A DNA stretch of 64,000 nucleotides from Candidatus Marinacidobacterales bacterium (GTDB lineage Bacteria; Acidobacteriota; Vicinamibacteria; Marinacidobacterales; SMYC01): the NCBI GenBank assembly GCA_965237955.1, contig OZ250169.1, positions 2,944,001 to 3,008,000 on the forward strand. Reading direction: 5' to 3'. A program made the position numbers and the translations under genes. Shown here piece by piece: positions 11,713-21,440 of the stretch. Under the pieces are notes generated by a model, which saw only the letters and a program-made list of their open reading frames with translations, did no database searches and was not told where the DNA came from. Positions within the stretch are counted from its first letter, which is position 1, and each line of letters begins with the position of its first letter.

Positions 11713-12030
11713 CGTCCTGTGCCAAAACTCGGCCCTCTTGAAATAGCCGATAAATCAGCAGCTTAGCGTCTGTGTTTTGCGACGGTGCCAAGGGCTGTGG
11801 GCTTTACAATCGTCTGGCTCGAGGGTGTTATCTTCGGATCCATCATGACGTACCATGTGCAAATCCTACTGTTGGTCAGGCAGCCGTTGTTCGATCGGGC
11901 AGCCCTTGCTGCTCACACAGACCTCATGGGTGCTTCCGCCATTAAGTGTTGGTAAAATGACGCTAAGACTTTACGGTGCATTAAATTACAGCCATGGTCT
12001 TTCAAAAGGGCCGAGTTTTGGCACAGGACG
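11713..12030 (+). mobile_element. 318-bp A-A MITE containing a D end; near-identical copy at 37485-37802
   Basis: Direct comparison of the two copies; flanks differ. Confidence 0.9.
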
Positions 12031-12135
12031 CGGTTCATCGGCACGTGTATGTAGTTCAAAAATCCGTTACGCACGAAGAGTCTGGGGCTGGAAGAAGGAC
12101 TGCGCTGCCCGATCTTGTTGCCACCGGAGGCTCTG

Positions 12136-13551
12136 ATGGAAGAAGCCATTCTCTTTGACTCGGTGGCCGAGTTAGGCCGAATGTTACGCAGCCGGGAGAT
12201 CTCTCCGCTCGAGTTGACGGCTGCCTACATCGATCACGCCAAAACACTCGACCCACAACTTCTCGCGGTCGTCACGCTGACCAAGGAATTGGCCGTCCAG
12301 CAAGCACGCGCCGCGGAAGCGGAGATTATGAGTGGCCGCTACCGCGGACCGCTGCACGGAATCCCGTGGGGTGTAAAGGATCTGTTTGCCACCAACGGGA
12401 TACCGACGCAATGGGGATCGCCCGCGTTTGGCGGGCAGACGTTTGACTACGACGCCACGGTGGTGCGGAAGCTATATGACGCCGGGGCTGTGCTCATCGC
12501 GAAGCTTGCGACCGGTGAGCTGGCCTATGGCGCCAAATGGTTCCGCGGTACCACCCGGTGTCCCTGGGATACGAGTCGCTCCAGCAGTGGTTCCTCGGCG
12601 GGACCCGGTGCGGCCACGGCGGCCGGGCTGGTTGGGTTCTCGATCGGGACCGAGACCGAGGGGTCGATCATTTCGCCTGCGAGCGTCAATGGGGTCGTCG
12701 GACTGCGCCCGACCTACGGGCGCGTGAGCCGATACGGCGTAATGGTGGCCGGCTGGACGATGGACAAGCCCGGTCCCATGTGTCGCTACGTCGACGATTG
12801 CGCCACCGTGCTCCGGCACGTCATGGGAGCGGATACTCTCGACCCGACGGCGGTGGATGCTCCGTTCGAAATCCCGCCGCAAGCGGGGATCCGCGGGAAA
12901 AAGATCGGAGTCCTGCGCGACGAGTTCGACATGCCCGAGGACCCTGAGTTGAGACAGATACTCAATGCCCCTCTGGAGGTCCTGGAAAGCCTCGGGCTCG
13001 TCCTCGAAGAAACGGAGCTCAGGGATCTTCCGTACAGCGAGGTCTCACGGTTGGTCGGCATCGAAGAGGCCAGCTACTTCGAGCCCTTGATCGAGTCGCC
13101 GAGAGTCAACGAATTGCTCAGGAAGGATCACATCAACAGGTGGGCCGCTGCCCGCATGGTTCCTGCAATCGACTATGTAAAGGCGCAGAGGATTCGGGTC
13201 GAGATGATGCAGTATGCAAGCGAGTTGTTCGACCGTTATTCAGCGCTCGTGACGCCGGCCTGGATGGGGACGGCCTGGGACGCCGATGCATCGGAAACGT
13301 CCGGGGTCATCTACCGTACCCGGCGCACCGACCCCGAGGACCCCGACAGCGCTCTGCATCCGAGGATCAGTCTGTTCTCGAACCTGGTCGGCGTTCCTGC
13401 GGTTTCCGTCCCCTGCGGATTTACGAAGGGGGGGCTACCGATGGCCATCCAGTTTGTCGGTGCTGCGTTCGACGAAAGCGGGATTCTTCAACTGGCGCGT
13501 GCCTATGAACAGGCCACTACGTGGCACGAACAACATCCAGCTTTGGGTTGA
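12136..13551 (+). CDS. Amidase signature family protein (GatA-like)
   Basis: GPLHGIPWGVKD, SSGSSAG, IGTETEGSI; GGAGG before ATG 12136. Confidence 0.9.
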   Translation: MEEAILFDSVAELGRMLRSREISPLELTAAYIDHAKTLDPQLLAVVTLTKELAVQQARAAEAEIMSGRYRGPLHGIPWGVKDLFATNGIPTQWGSPAFGGQTFDYDATVVRKLYDAGAVLIAKLATGELAYGAKWFRGTTRCPWDTSRSSSGSSAGPGAATAAGLVGFSIGTETEGSIISPASVNGVVGLRPTYGRVSRYGVMVAGWTMDKPGPMCRYVDDCATVLRHVMGADTLDPTAVDAPFEIPPQAGIRGKKIGVLRDEFDMPEDPELRQILNAPLEVLESLGLVLEETELRDLPYSEVSRLVGIEEASYFEPLIESPRVNELLRKDHINRWAAARMVPAIDYVKAQRIRVEMMQYASELFDRYSALVTPAWMGTAWDADASETSGVIYRTRRTDPEDPDSALHPRISLFSNLVGVPAVSVPCGFTKGGLPMAIQFVGAAFDESGILQLARAYEQATTWHEQHPALG

Positions 13552-13569
13552 TCCTTCGGAGGACTTCAC

Positions 13570-13842
13570 ATGGAATTGATCAGTCGCAGAGAGTTATTTA
13601 TCGGCGCTGCCGGGACGACGCTGTTGTACACGGCGTGCGCCGAGGTTGAAGAAAAGGGAGAGGTTTCCGACGAGACCGTCAAGGCCTTCCTGGCATTCAC
13701 CGATCAAGTCGTGGAAGGTGAAGAGCGGATCGCCGAGATCAAGAAAGCTCTCGAACGCTTTCTCGAGTCCATCCGGACGATCAGGGCGCACCGTGTACCA
13801 CAGGCGGTGGAGCCCGCGACAATTTTTAGGGCCGAGCGCTAA
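13570..13842 (+). CDS. Small Tat-signal protein, possible GatC-like amidase partner
   Basis: SRRELF twin-arginine motif; C-terminal EPATIF; directly follows the amidase. Confidence 0.5.
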   Translation: MELISRRELFIGAAGTTLLYTACAEVEEKGEVSDETVKAFLAFTDQVVEGEERIAEIKKALERFLESIRTIRAHRVPQAVEPATIFRAER

Positions 13843-14197
13843 TGGCGCGCTGAATCGGCGCGCTCGCTCATTGGCGCGTCACGCGCCATAACGTGGCAGC
13901 GCCGTTTGCCCCGGCGATCCCGAACGCAGGCCCCCGTCCTGTGCCAAAACTCGGCCCTTTTGAAATAGACCACAAATCAGCAGTTTAGACGCCCTTGGAA
14001 TCCGCGCAGAATCGAGGGTATTTCGCGCCGCAGGGCTGACTTCCGACCCCTGGGCTGCGGGTGGCGAGCGACAGCCCACCGGTGGTGCGCACGGCTGGCT
14101 CAAATCGGCTGCGGGGCGAGCTACGGGCAGTGAACTGCGCACCCGGAAGTCCCTCATTAGACTGGACTTTATCGAGCACAAGAGCGAACGTTCGGTG

Positions 14198-14629
14198 ATG
14201 CCGCAGGATACAGGGGTTGGCCGGAACGTCGTTTTGGACGGTTTGGACTTCGCCAGCTTACGGCGGGTCTGGGAGCAGACCTTTGGGGCTGCTCCTCCAA
14301 GCTCGCTCTCGCGTGTTTTCCTGCGCCGCGTTCTCTTGCACGAACGCCAGTGCCGGACCCATGGCGGGCTTTCGGCCGCAACCCGGCGCGCTCTGGCTGC
14401 CATGGCGAACGAGACACCAAGCTCCGGCGCTCCCGCAGGGTCCGTTTCTGCCGGCACCCATCTCGTCCGCGAGTGGAATGGCCGGACCTACCAGGTCGAG
14501 GTACTCGACAACGGCTATCGGTTCGATGGCAAAACCTATCCGTCCCTCACTACCATCGCAAAGCGAATCACCGGCACCCACTGGTCAGGACCACGCTTTT
14601 TCGGTCTGACGCCCAAGCGCAAGGCCTAA
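14198..14629 (+). CDS. DUF2924 domain protein
   Basis: GTHLVREWNG..V.V...G..FDGKTYPSL..IA..ITGTHWSGPRFFGL. Confidence 0.9.
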   Translation: MPQDTGVGRNVVLDGLDFASLRRVWEQTFGAAPPSSLSRVFLRRVLLHERQCRTHGGLSAATRRALAAMANETPSSGAPAGSVSAGTHLVREWNGRTYQVEVLDNGYRFDGKTYPSLTTIAKRITGTHWSGPRFFGLTPKRKA

Positions 14630-14630
14630 C

Positions 14631-16292
14631 ATGAAGAAGATCCGCTGTGCCATCTATACGCGAAAGAGTGCGGAAGAGGGTCTCGAACAGGCGTTCAACT
14701 CCCTCGATGCGCAGCGAGAAGCCTGCGCCGCGTATGTCGCGAGCCAGAAAGCGGAGGGCTGGGTGCTGCTGCCAACCGTCTACGAGGACGCGGGGCTCTC
14801 GGGAGGAACCCTGGAGCGCCTGGGCCTGCAGCGCTTGCTCGCCGACATCGACGCAGGTCTCGTCGACCAGATCGTGGTCTACAAGGTCGACCGGCTGACC
14901 CGTTCCCTCTCCGACTTTGCAAAGCTCGTCGAGCGGCTCGAGGCGGCCGGCGCGGTTTTCGTCTCGGTGACTCAGTCCTTCAACACCGCGACCAGCATGG
15001 GACGACTGACGCTGCATATGCTGCTGTCCTTCGCACAATTCGAACGCGAGGTCACGGCCGAGCGGATCCGCGATAAGGTCGCTGCCTCCAAGCGCAAGGG
15101 ACTATGGATGGGCGGCCGCGTACCGCTAGGCTATGAGAAGGACGGGCGCACGCTGCGCATCAACGAGGCTGAGGCCGAAACGGTCCGGACGCTCTATGCG
15201 CTGTACCGGAAGCACGGAACGCTCCGGCAGGTGAAGGCCGAGGCGGACCGTCTGAGGCTGCGCACCAAGCGACGCTTCGCCGCGGATGGAACCCGGACAG
15301 GCGGGTTGCCGTTCCGTCGCGGACACCTCCACTGCCTGCTGACCAATCCTCTCTACGCCGGCCGTATCCGGCACCAGAGGCGTGTCTACGAGGGCCAGCA
15401 TCCATCGATCATTGCTCCGGAGCTCTGGGACGCGGTCCAGGCGCAGCTGCAGGCAGGGGCTGCCAAACCAAGGAGACGCACGACGAAGGGCCGCGCAGCC
15501 CCCTCCCCGCTGGCAGGCAAGCTCTTCGACGAGACCGGGGACCGGCTGACGCCGAGCCACACCAAAAAGAAAAACGGGCAACGGCTCCGCTACTACGTCT
15601 CCCGGCGCCTCATCCAGCACAGTGGCCAAAAGGACCTCTCCGGCTGGCGGCTGCCCGCCCCGATGCTGGAACAGACCGTCGTGCATCTCATCCGACAGCA
15701 TGTGGATGCCACGACCTTCTCGGCCTCGTTGATCCACACTCCGACGATGCAAGAGCTCACCTCGGTGCGTCGCTTTTTAGACGGGCTGTGTTCCGGTAGT
15801 AATGATGATAGTGCCTCGGCAGTCCCCCTGCTCCGTCTTATCCGGCGGGTCGATATCAGCTCCGGCTCTGTGTCCATCCTGCTCGACCGCAATGCGTTCG
15901 CTGCTTGCCTGTCTATGGGGCCCGACCGCATTCGCGAGGATGCACTCCGCATCCTCGCACCGTTCCGCTTGCGTCGACGCGGCGTCGAGACCAAGCTCGT
16001 TCTGGGCAACCCCACGAAATCCGTCGACCGCACACTCCTGCGCAATATCGCCAACGCCCTCTCCTGGCTCAACCGAATCAAAGCAGGCAAAACCTATGAG
16101 CAGATTGCCACCGAAAACGCCATCCCAACGGACCGCGTGCGCAAGGCAATCCGTTATGCCTTCCTGGCTCCCGACATCGTCCGCGCCATTGTCGAAGGCC
16201 GCCAGCCCGTTGGGCTGACCTCGAGCTACCTCTTGCATCATCCGCTTCCCGACGATTGGGAGAAACAGCGAGTGCTCGTCAAAACGCTGTGA
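14631..16292 (+). CDS. Large serine recombinase (resolvase + recombinase domains), complete copy
   Basis: AIYTRKS catalytic Ser, VYKVDRLTRS, FAQFERE, LTNPLYAG, GQHPSII. Confidence 0.92.
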   Translation: MKKIRCAIYTRKSAEEGLEQAFNSLDAQREACAAYVASQKAEGWVLLPTVYEDAGLSGGTLERLGLQRLLADIDAGLVDQIVVYKVDRLTRSLSDFAKLVERLEAAGAVFVSVTQSFNTATSMGRLTLHMLLSFAQFEREVTAERIRDKVAASKRKGLWMGGRVPLGYEKDGRTLRINEAEAETVRTLYALYRKHGTLRQVKAEADRLRLRTKRRFAADGTRTGGLPFRRGHLHCLLTNPLYAGRIRHQRRVYEGQHPSIIAPELWDAVQAQLQAGAAKPRRRTTKGRAAPSPLAGKLFDETGDRLTPSHTKKKNGQRLRYYVSRRLIQHSGQKDLSGWRLPAPMLEQTVVHLIRQHVDATTFSASLIHTPTMQELTSVRRFLDGLCSGSNDDSASAVPLLRLIRRVDISSGSVSILLDRNAFAACLSMGPDRIREDALRILAPFRLRRRGVETKLVLGNPTKSVDRTLLRNIANALSWLNRIKAGKTYEQIATENAIPTDRVRKAIRYAFLAPDIVRAIVEGRQPVGLTSSYLLHHPLPDDWEKQRVLVKTL

Positions 16293-16824
16293 GCCTGCCA
16301 GCGCCCACTTCGTGAATGGCCTCGGTTAGCAGCAAGCTGCTCTCCGACACTGGCCTCCACCAATCAGCCTCAACCTGGCCCAAATTCCCTGTCATGGTTT
16401 CCAGACTCGGATAGCTCCTTGTACTGGACCGTCTGCGGAGTCATCTTCGTTTCCTCCGTAAAACTCCGCTGGATGAATTCGAGGTTTGGCCAATTCGAAT
16501 TTCGCTATTCGCCTTCTCCTCAGGCGCGATCTACGCGTAGAGCGTCTTCTCTTTGTCTGCGCGATTAAGCGCAAAAACGTCCCGATAAGCCCCAAAATCG
16601 CCCCAAATTGCACACTAAGGGCCTGTTTTGCTCTGTTTCTGATCGTTTCCAGCCAAGAATCGGAAGATCCACTCGAGCCTCCCGACTGCCCTGTGCCAAA
16701 ACTCGACCCATTTGAAATAGGCCATAAATCAGCAGCTTAGTGTCTATGGTGCGCTCCCGTGAACGGCTTGGCGGGTTGCTACGTTTCTACCATAGGGAAG
16801 CCGCATGAGTATTTTGACCTTACG

Positions 16825-16897
16825 GGCACTCCCACAGGAAACGGGGAGAAACAGATAGGCCGCGCCTACGGAGCACCGTGCCAGCCCTCGACCCTAC
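16825..16897 (+). ncRNA. Group II intron domain VI fragment
   Basis: Nearly identical to 55744-55816; ends ...CCAGCCCTCGACCCTAC. Confidence 0.8.
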
Positions 16898-17754
16898 CGC
16901 GATGGAGCCTGACCAGAAGCCTGCTGGGCCGGACAGTTCCCCCGCTGATGCCCAGGGTGCCGACTATAATAGTGATGAAGGAGCCTCATCGGTGGGCCTT
17001 TTATCGGCCCGGTCGCAAACACAGACACTAAGCTGCTGATTTATGGTCTATTTCGAAAGGGTCGAGTTTTGGCACAGGACGGGGTTCGAGCCCGTCGTGA
17101 ACCCGCCATGCTGGGCATCAGATACGGCGGTCAGCCTCAACTTGACAATGCCCTACTTATTCCGTTTCTTTGCCAAACTTTTAATGAATTTACGGATGTT
17201 GTGCTCCGTGAGAGTGCCTCTCCGATACTTGGCATGTCGACCAGACATCAGACGACGCCTGCAACAACGCATCGGTTTAGTAGGCGGCAGGGACTACTGA
17301 AGATGGAGCGCGTCCCACCATTCAACCCACAGCAGCTTGAGGCCATCGCGAAGATCCTGGCTGACACCTCTACGGGGCTTACGGGCTCCCAGATCGCCTA
17401 TTTACTTCAGGACGCGAGGATTTCAGACGTATCACCTCAAATGACGAAATGGAAGCGGCTCTTCAACGCCTTAGTCGAGCGTCAGAACGAGCAACAGCTT
17501 GGAAACCATGTGCTGATGTTTGTTAACCGGGCGATGAACCCTGTCAACTACACCGGATCGCTCGAAGTCTTTACGTCGCGTCAATCTCAGCTCAACTCAG
17601 TGCTGGCTGTTCCGCTTCAGCGGAAATGAGACTTTCTGCAAGTGACGGGTTCTCTCCCCTGCCTGGGTGAACTGCCATGGTATCGCCACCGGGAGGATAG
17701 GGCACTGCTGGGAAGCAACCCGAGCGCCCGGTGGCCGGAATACGGTTGGCATTA

Positions 17755-18804
17755 TTACGCACTGTGTTCATGCTCCCGGGCTCCGGTATGAGCCAAACCG
17801 GATCCGCTCAAAGCGGAAAATCCCGGGGGTTCGGGGGCAGAGCCCCCGTTCGCTATGTGACAACTGGATTCTCCGAGCCGTTTGAGGTTTTCTTCGCGGC
17901 GATGCTTGCGTGCGTTCTCGAGTTTGTCGAGACGTACCTGCTTGCGCTCTTCGTGACGGAGGAGAAACCGGTCTTCGGGCGTGAGGTATTCGATTCCTGC
18001 GTGGAGCCTCTTTGCGTTGTAAATCTCTATCCATTCTCCGATGATGTCTTTCGCGTGAAGCTGATTGCGAAGCTCCTTGTCGGAGAGGCCCTCCTCGCGC
18101 AACGTGCGATGAAATCGCTCGATTGCACCGTTGGACTGCGGATGATGAATGCGAATACGAATCTGCTTCAATGAGAAGTGCTTGATGAGTTTGCGGAAGT
18201 CCTTGCTGGTAAATTGGCTGCCGTTGTCGTTGACAATCTGGGGCCGTTCTCCAGGGTAGCGCTCCAGTGCTGCATGGACCACATCCGTCACTTCGGCGGC
18301 GGTCATGCGCGACAGCAGTTCCCAGTACACGATGTAGCGCGAGAAGCCGTCCAGCACTCCGATGAAGAAATACCACCGTCCCGCGATCCACAGGTACATC
18401 AAGTCCGTATGCCAGCGTTCGTGGGGGCGTTTCGGAAGTTCGGGCTTGCGGCCTACGGACGGTGTGGCATTCCACCTTGCGAGCAAATCGTTCCGGTCCA
18501 GAATGCGGTACACGCTGCTCGGGCTCAGGCAAACGACATCCTCGTCCACCATCATCCAGCACAGCCGCCGGTAGCCGTCCCGTGGGTGTGCTAAAGCATA
18601 GACCGTCACCGCCTGGGCCTCCTCTTCGGCAAGCACCTGGTCCAAGTCTGGTGCCTTGGGCTTGATGTCCTCCAGCGCTCCCTCCTTGCGCCTCTTTTGC
18701 CAGCGGTAGTACAGCGAGCGAGAGAGCCCGAGCTTCGAGACAACCCATTCCAGCTTCACCCGGCTTCTCTCCATCGTCTGCTCGATACAATCCAAAATCC
18801 TCAA
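17755..18804 (-). CDS. IS3 OrfB, DDE transposase
   Basis: WHTD, DNGSQF, PQSNGAIERF. Confidence 0.9.
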   Translation of the reverse strand: MRILDCIEQTMERSRVKLEWVVSKLGLSRSLYYRWQKRRKEGALEDIKPKAPDLDQVLAEEEAQAVTVYALAHPRDGYRRLCWMMVDEDVVCLSPSSVYRILDRNDLLARWNATPSVGRKPELPKRPHERWHTDLMYLWIAGRWYFFIGVLDGFSRYIVYWELLSRMTAAEVTDVVHAALERYPGERPQIVNDNGSQFTSKDFRKLIKHFSLKQIRIRIHHPQSNGAIERFHRTLREEGLSDKELRNQLHAKDIIGEWIEIYNAKRLHAGIEYLTPEDRFLLRHEERKQVRLDKLENARKHRREENLKRLGESSCHIANGGSAPEPPGFSALSGSGLAHTGAREHEHSA

Positions 18805-18836
18805 CTTCTCGTGCGGCTCGAAACGACACCGGTCGA

Positions 18837-19130
18837 CTAGCTTCCAAGCGTTTTTTTTAGGTCCAGATTCTCCATGGTGATCTCTACCACCACCGATTTC
18901 ATCCTCTCAAGCTCTTGACGCAGCTTCTCCTCGCGGCGAGACGCCTTCTCCTTCTTGCCATTCTGAAATGATTCCAGTGTCGCCTCCTCCGATTGTTTCA
19001 GCCACTGATAGTACTGCCCTGTATTCAATGCGTGGCGCCGACACACCTCGGACACCGTCGCACCACTCTCCTGGCACTCCTTGAGTATCTGCAGCTTCTC
19101 CTTCGCTGACCAACGTTTCCTGCCGTCCAT
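18837..19130 (-). CDS. IS3 OrfA (HTH); A8 slippery run near its 3' end
   Basis: RWSAKEKLQIL...VSEVCRRH; T8 on the plus strand at ~18851-18858. Confidence 0.88.
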   Translation of the reverse strand: MDGRKRWSAKEKLQILKECQESGATVSEVCRRHALNTGQYYQWLKQSEEATLESFQNGKKEKASRREEKLRQELERMKSVVVEITMENLDLKKTLGS

Positions 19131-19759
19131 CTCTGCCTTCTCCCTTCGTTGAGTATAAGACAGAGGCGAAAACCGTCACTTACTACGACCCCCAAAAGTC
19201 TCATTTTGGCTGAACCAATACACTGGCATTCTGTGGTATGTCTGTCGGTAACGACGGCAAGGTTAGGCGCGCTCGAAAGGCGATGGATCTGGACGATGCC
19301 CTCGCAAGGGCAGATCGACTGCACACCGCGCTCAAGAGCCGAAGAGTCCATGAGGATGTCCTTAAGTTTTGTCGGGCTGAACTGCTCCAGAAGAACTACT
19401 TTCACGCAGTGTTTGAATCAATGAAGAGCATCGCTGCCAAGATTCGCTCTCTGTCTGGACTAACCTCAGACGGTGCGGCGCTCGTGCAGCAAGCTTTCGG
19501 TATGCCAAAGACGAAGCAGCCGATACTAGCAATCAATTCACTATTGACTGAGACGGACCAGGGTGAGCAGCGGGGCTTCGCACACCTACTCATCGGCCTA
19601 TTCGGAACGATACGAAACCCCACAGCCCACAATCCGAAGATCGAGTGGGACATCGCAGAGCAAGACGCACTGGATATTTTGACCTTGGCATCGTTGATCC
19701 ACCGAAAGCTCGATGTAGCCCGACGAACTACGAAATAGGCTCGCACCCTAGCCCACGTG

Positions 19760-19870
19760 GTAGGGTCGGGGGCTGGCTCGGTAGATAGAGATAAGAGGAG
19801 TAGCTGTTGCCGGCGGCTTTCGCCAAGTGCCGGTACCTCAGTCCTTACCATGTCCCCGTTTCCAGCCCCG
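19760..19870 (-). ncRNA. Domain VI fragment of a second, related group II intron
   Basis: Reverse complement reads GGGGCTGGAAAC...GCCAGCCCCCGACCCTAC, matching the domain VI stem of the 54915 intron. Confidence 0.7.
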
Positions 19871-21299
19871 CGTCCTGTGCCAAAACTCGGCCCTTTTGAA
19901 ATAGGCCATAAATCAGCAACTTAGTGTCTGTGTTTGCGACCGGGCCAAGGGCCGTGGGCTTTACAATCGTCTTGGGCGGGCGGGTCGTCACCATGCAGAT
20001 GACCACCTAGTCGAGAGCGAATATCGAAGCGTGTTCCTGAAGCGGTTTCCACGCTACGCCGGTCGAGCCCGCCGAGGGGCTACCGTCGCCGGCGACCATC
20101 TACGCGGCACGGCAGTAGTAGTTGAGAATGCCCCCAAGTCGCTCTCGCGACACGATGGGGCCAGCGTCATTTGCGCTTGCCGGCAGAGGTGTGAGGAGCT
20201 CGTTGCCGAGACCTTGGTGGTTCCGTTCTGTGTGATAGTGCACTACGTATTCGGTTACCGCTGTCCGCAGGTGTCGCTCACTGAGAGGTACGAAGCGGTC
20301 GAGACACTCTCGACGTATGGAGAGAACGAATCTTTCCGCATATGCGTTCAGATTCGGACTATTCGCGGGAAGGCGCAGGGGCTTCACGCCTGAATCTCTC
20401 AACAGCCCACGTACCGCCTCGGTGAATAGCGGGTCCCGGTCGTGGATGAGGTATCGCTTGCCAAGGAGGAAACCATCCCACATGTCAGTGAGGTTTCTTG
20501 CCACCTGCTTCATCCACTCCCCGTTGGGGTCCGACGTTATCCCACCGATGCACACGCAGCGAGTGGCGATATCGATGACAAACAGGACATGGTAGCGGAC
20601 GAGCCCGAACGGGTTCACAAACCTCGACGGTGAACAGGTCTGTCGCAGCGATGGCGCCCCAATGAGCCTTGATGAAGGTGCTCCACGACATGCTCTTGCC
20701 CCGCTCCGGGGCAGGCGCGATACCGTGCTCGGCGAGGATCCTCTTGATAGTGTTGCGTCCGAGTTCATGTCCTAGGTTCTTGAGTGCGCCTCGCAGGCGC
20801 GTATATCCCCACGTCGGGTTCTCCCGCGCCACGCGCACAATGAGCTCACGGATGTCCTTCGCCGTCGGAGGTCGGCCTGGGCTCCGGTTCTTGCTGCCAT
20901 CGTACTTGGCTGCGATGAGGCAGCGGTACCAACGCAGAAGCGTAGCGGGTGTGGCAACGGACGCAATCTGGGCCAGCGCCTCGCGGCCCAAAGCCTGGGC
21001 CTTGACGGCGAGCCTGCGCCGCTCGTCGTCCGAGAGCCTGAGACGCTTGCCCCGAAGCCCGGCTCGGAGCACACGGTTCTCCTCTTGCTGGTAGTCGATC
21101 ACATCCTGCTGCTGGCGGTTGACCCAGCCAGCTAGAACGAGCAGTAGGAATTGCACGTGGTACGTCATCATGGACCTGAAGATAACACCCTCGGGCCAGA
21201 CGATTGTAAAGCCTGCGGCCCTTGGTCCGGTCGCAAACACAGACACTAAGCTGCTGATTTATGGTCTATTTCAAAAGGGCCGAGTTTTGGCACAGGACG
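19871..21299 (-). mobile_element. Second full A-type rve element; transposase (20100-21171) frameshifted near 20620
   Basis: Near-identical to 4172-5599 with a 1-nt insertion (TTCACAAACC vs TTCACCACC). Confidence 0.88.
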
Positions 21300-21440
21300 G
21301 GAAAGAGTAACCCTTGGCACGACTGCTTGGTTGGACTGGTATATAATTTCCGTTTTTGATGGAACAAACTTCATGGGGGAGAAGGAAACACAAGCAGCAC
21401 CAAGCTCGTTTCACCGCACCGGCAAAGCGACCGAGTCCAC

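Larger units (their letters stand above)
17608..19222 (-). mobile_element. IS3 family element with 5-bp target duplication CTGGC
   Basis: TG...CA imperfect IRs (TCAGC..AAATGAGACTTT); CTGGC at 17603-17607 and 19223-19227. Confidence 0.92.
17303..19738 (+). pseudogene. TIGR02391 family protein interrupted by IS3
   Basis: GLTGSQI, TKWKRL in the 5' half; NYFHAVFE.MK, EQRGF, RNPTAH in the 3' half; frame is restored on removing the IS and one CTGGC. Confidence 0.85.
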
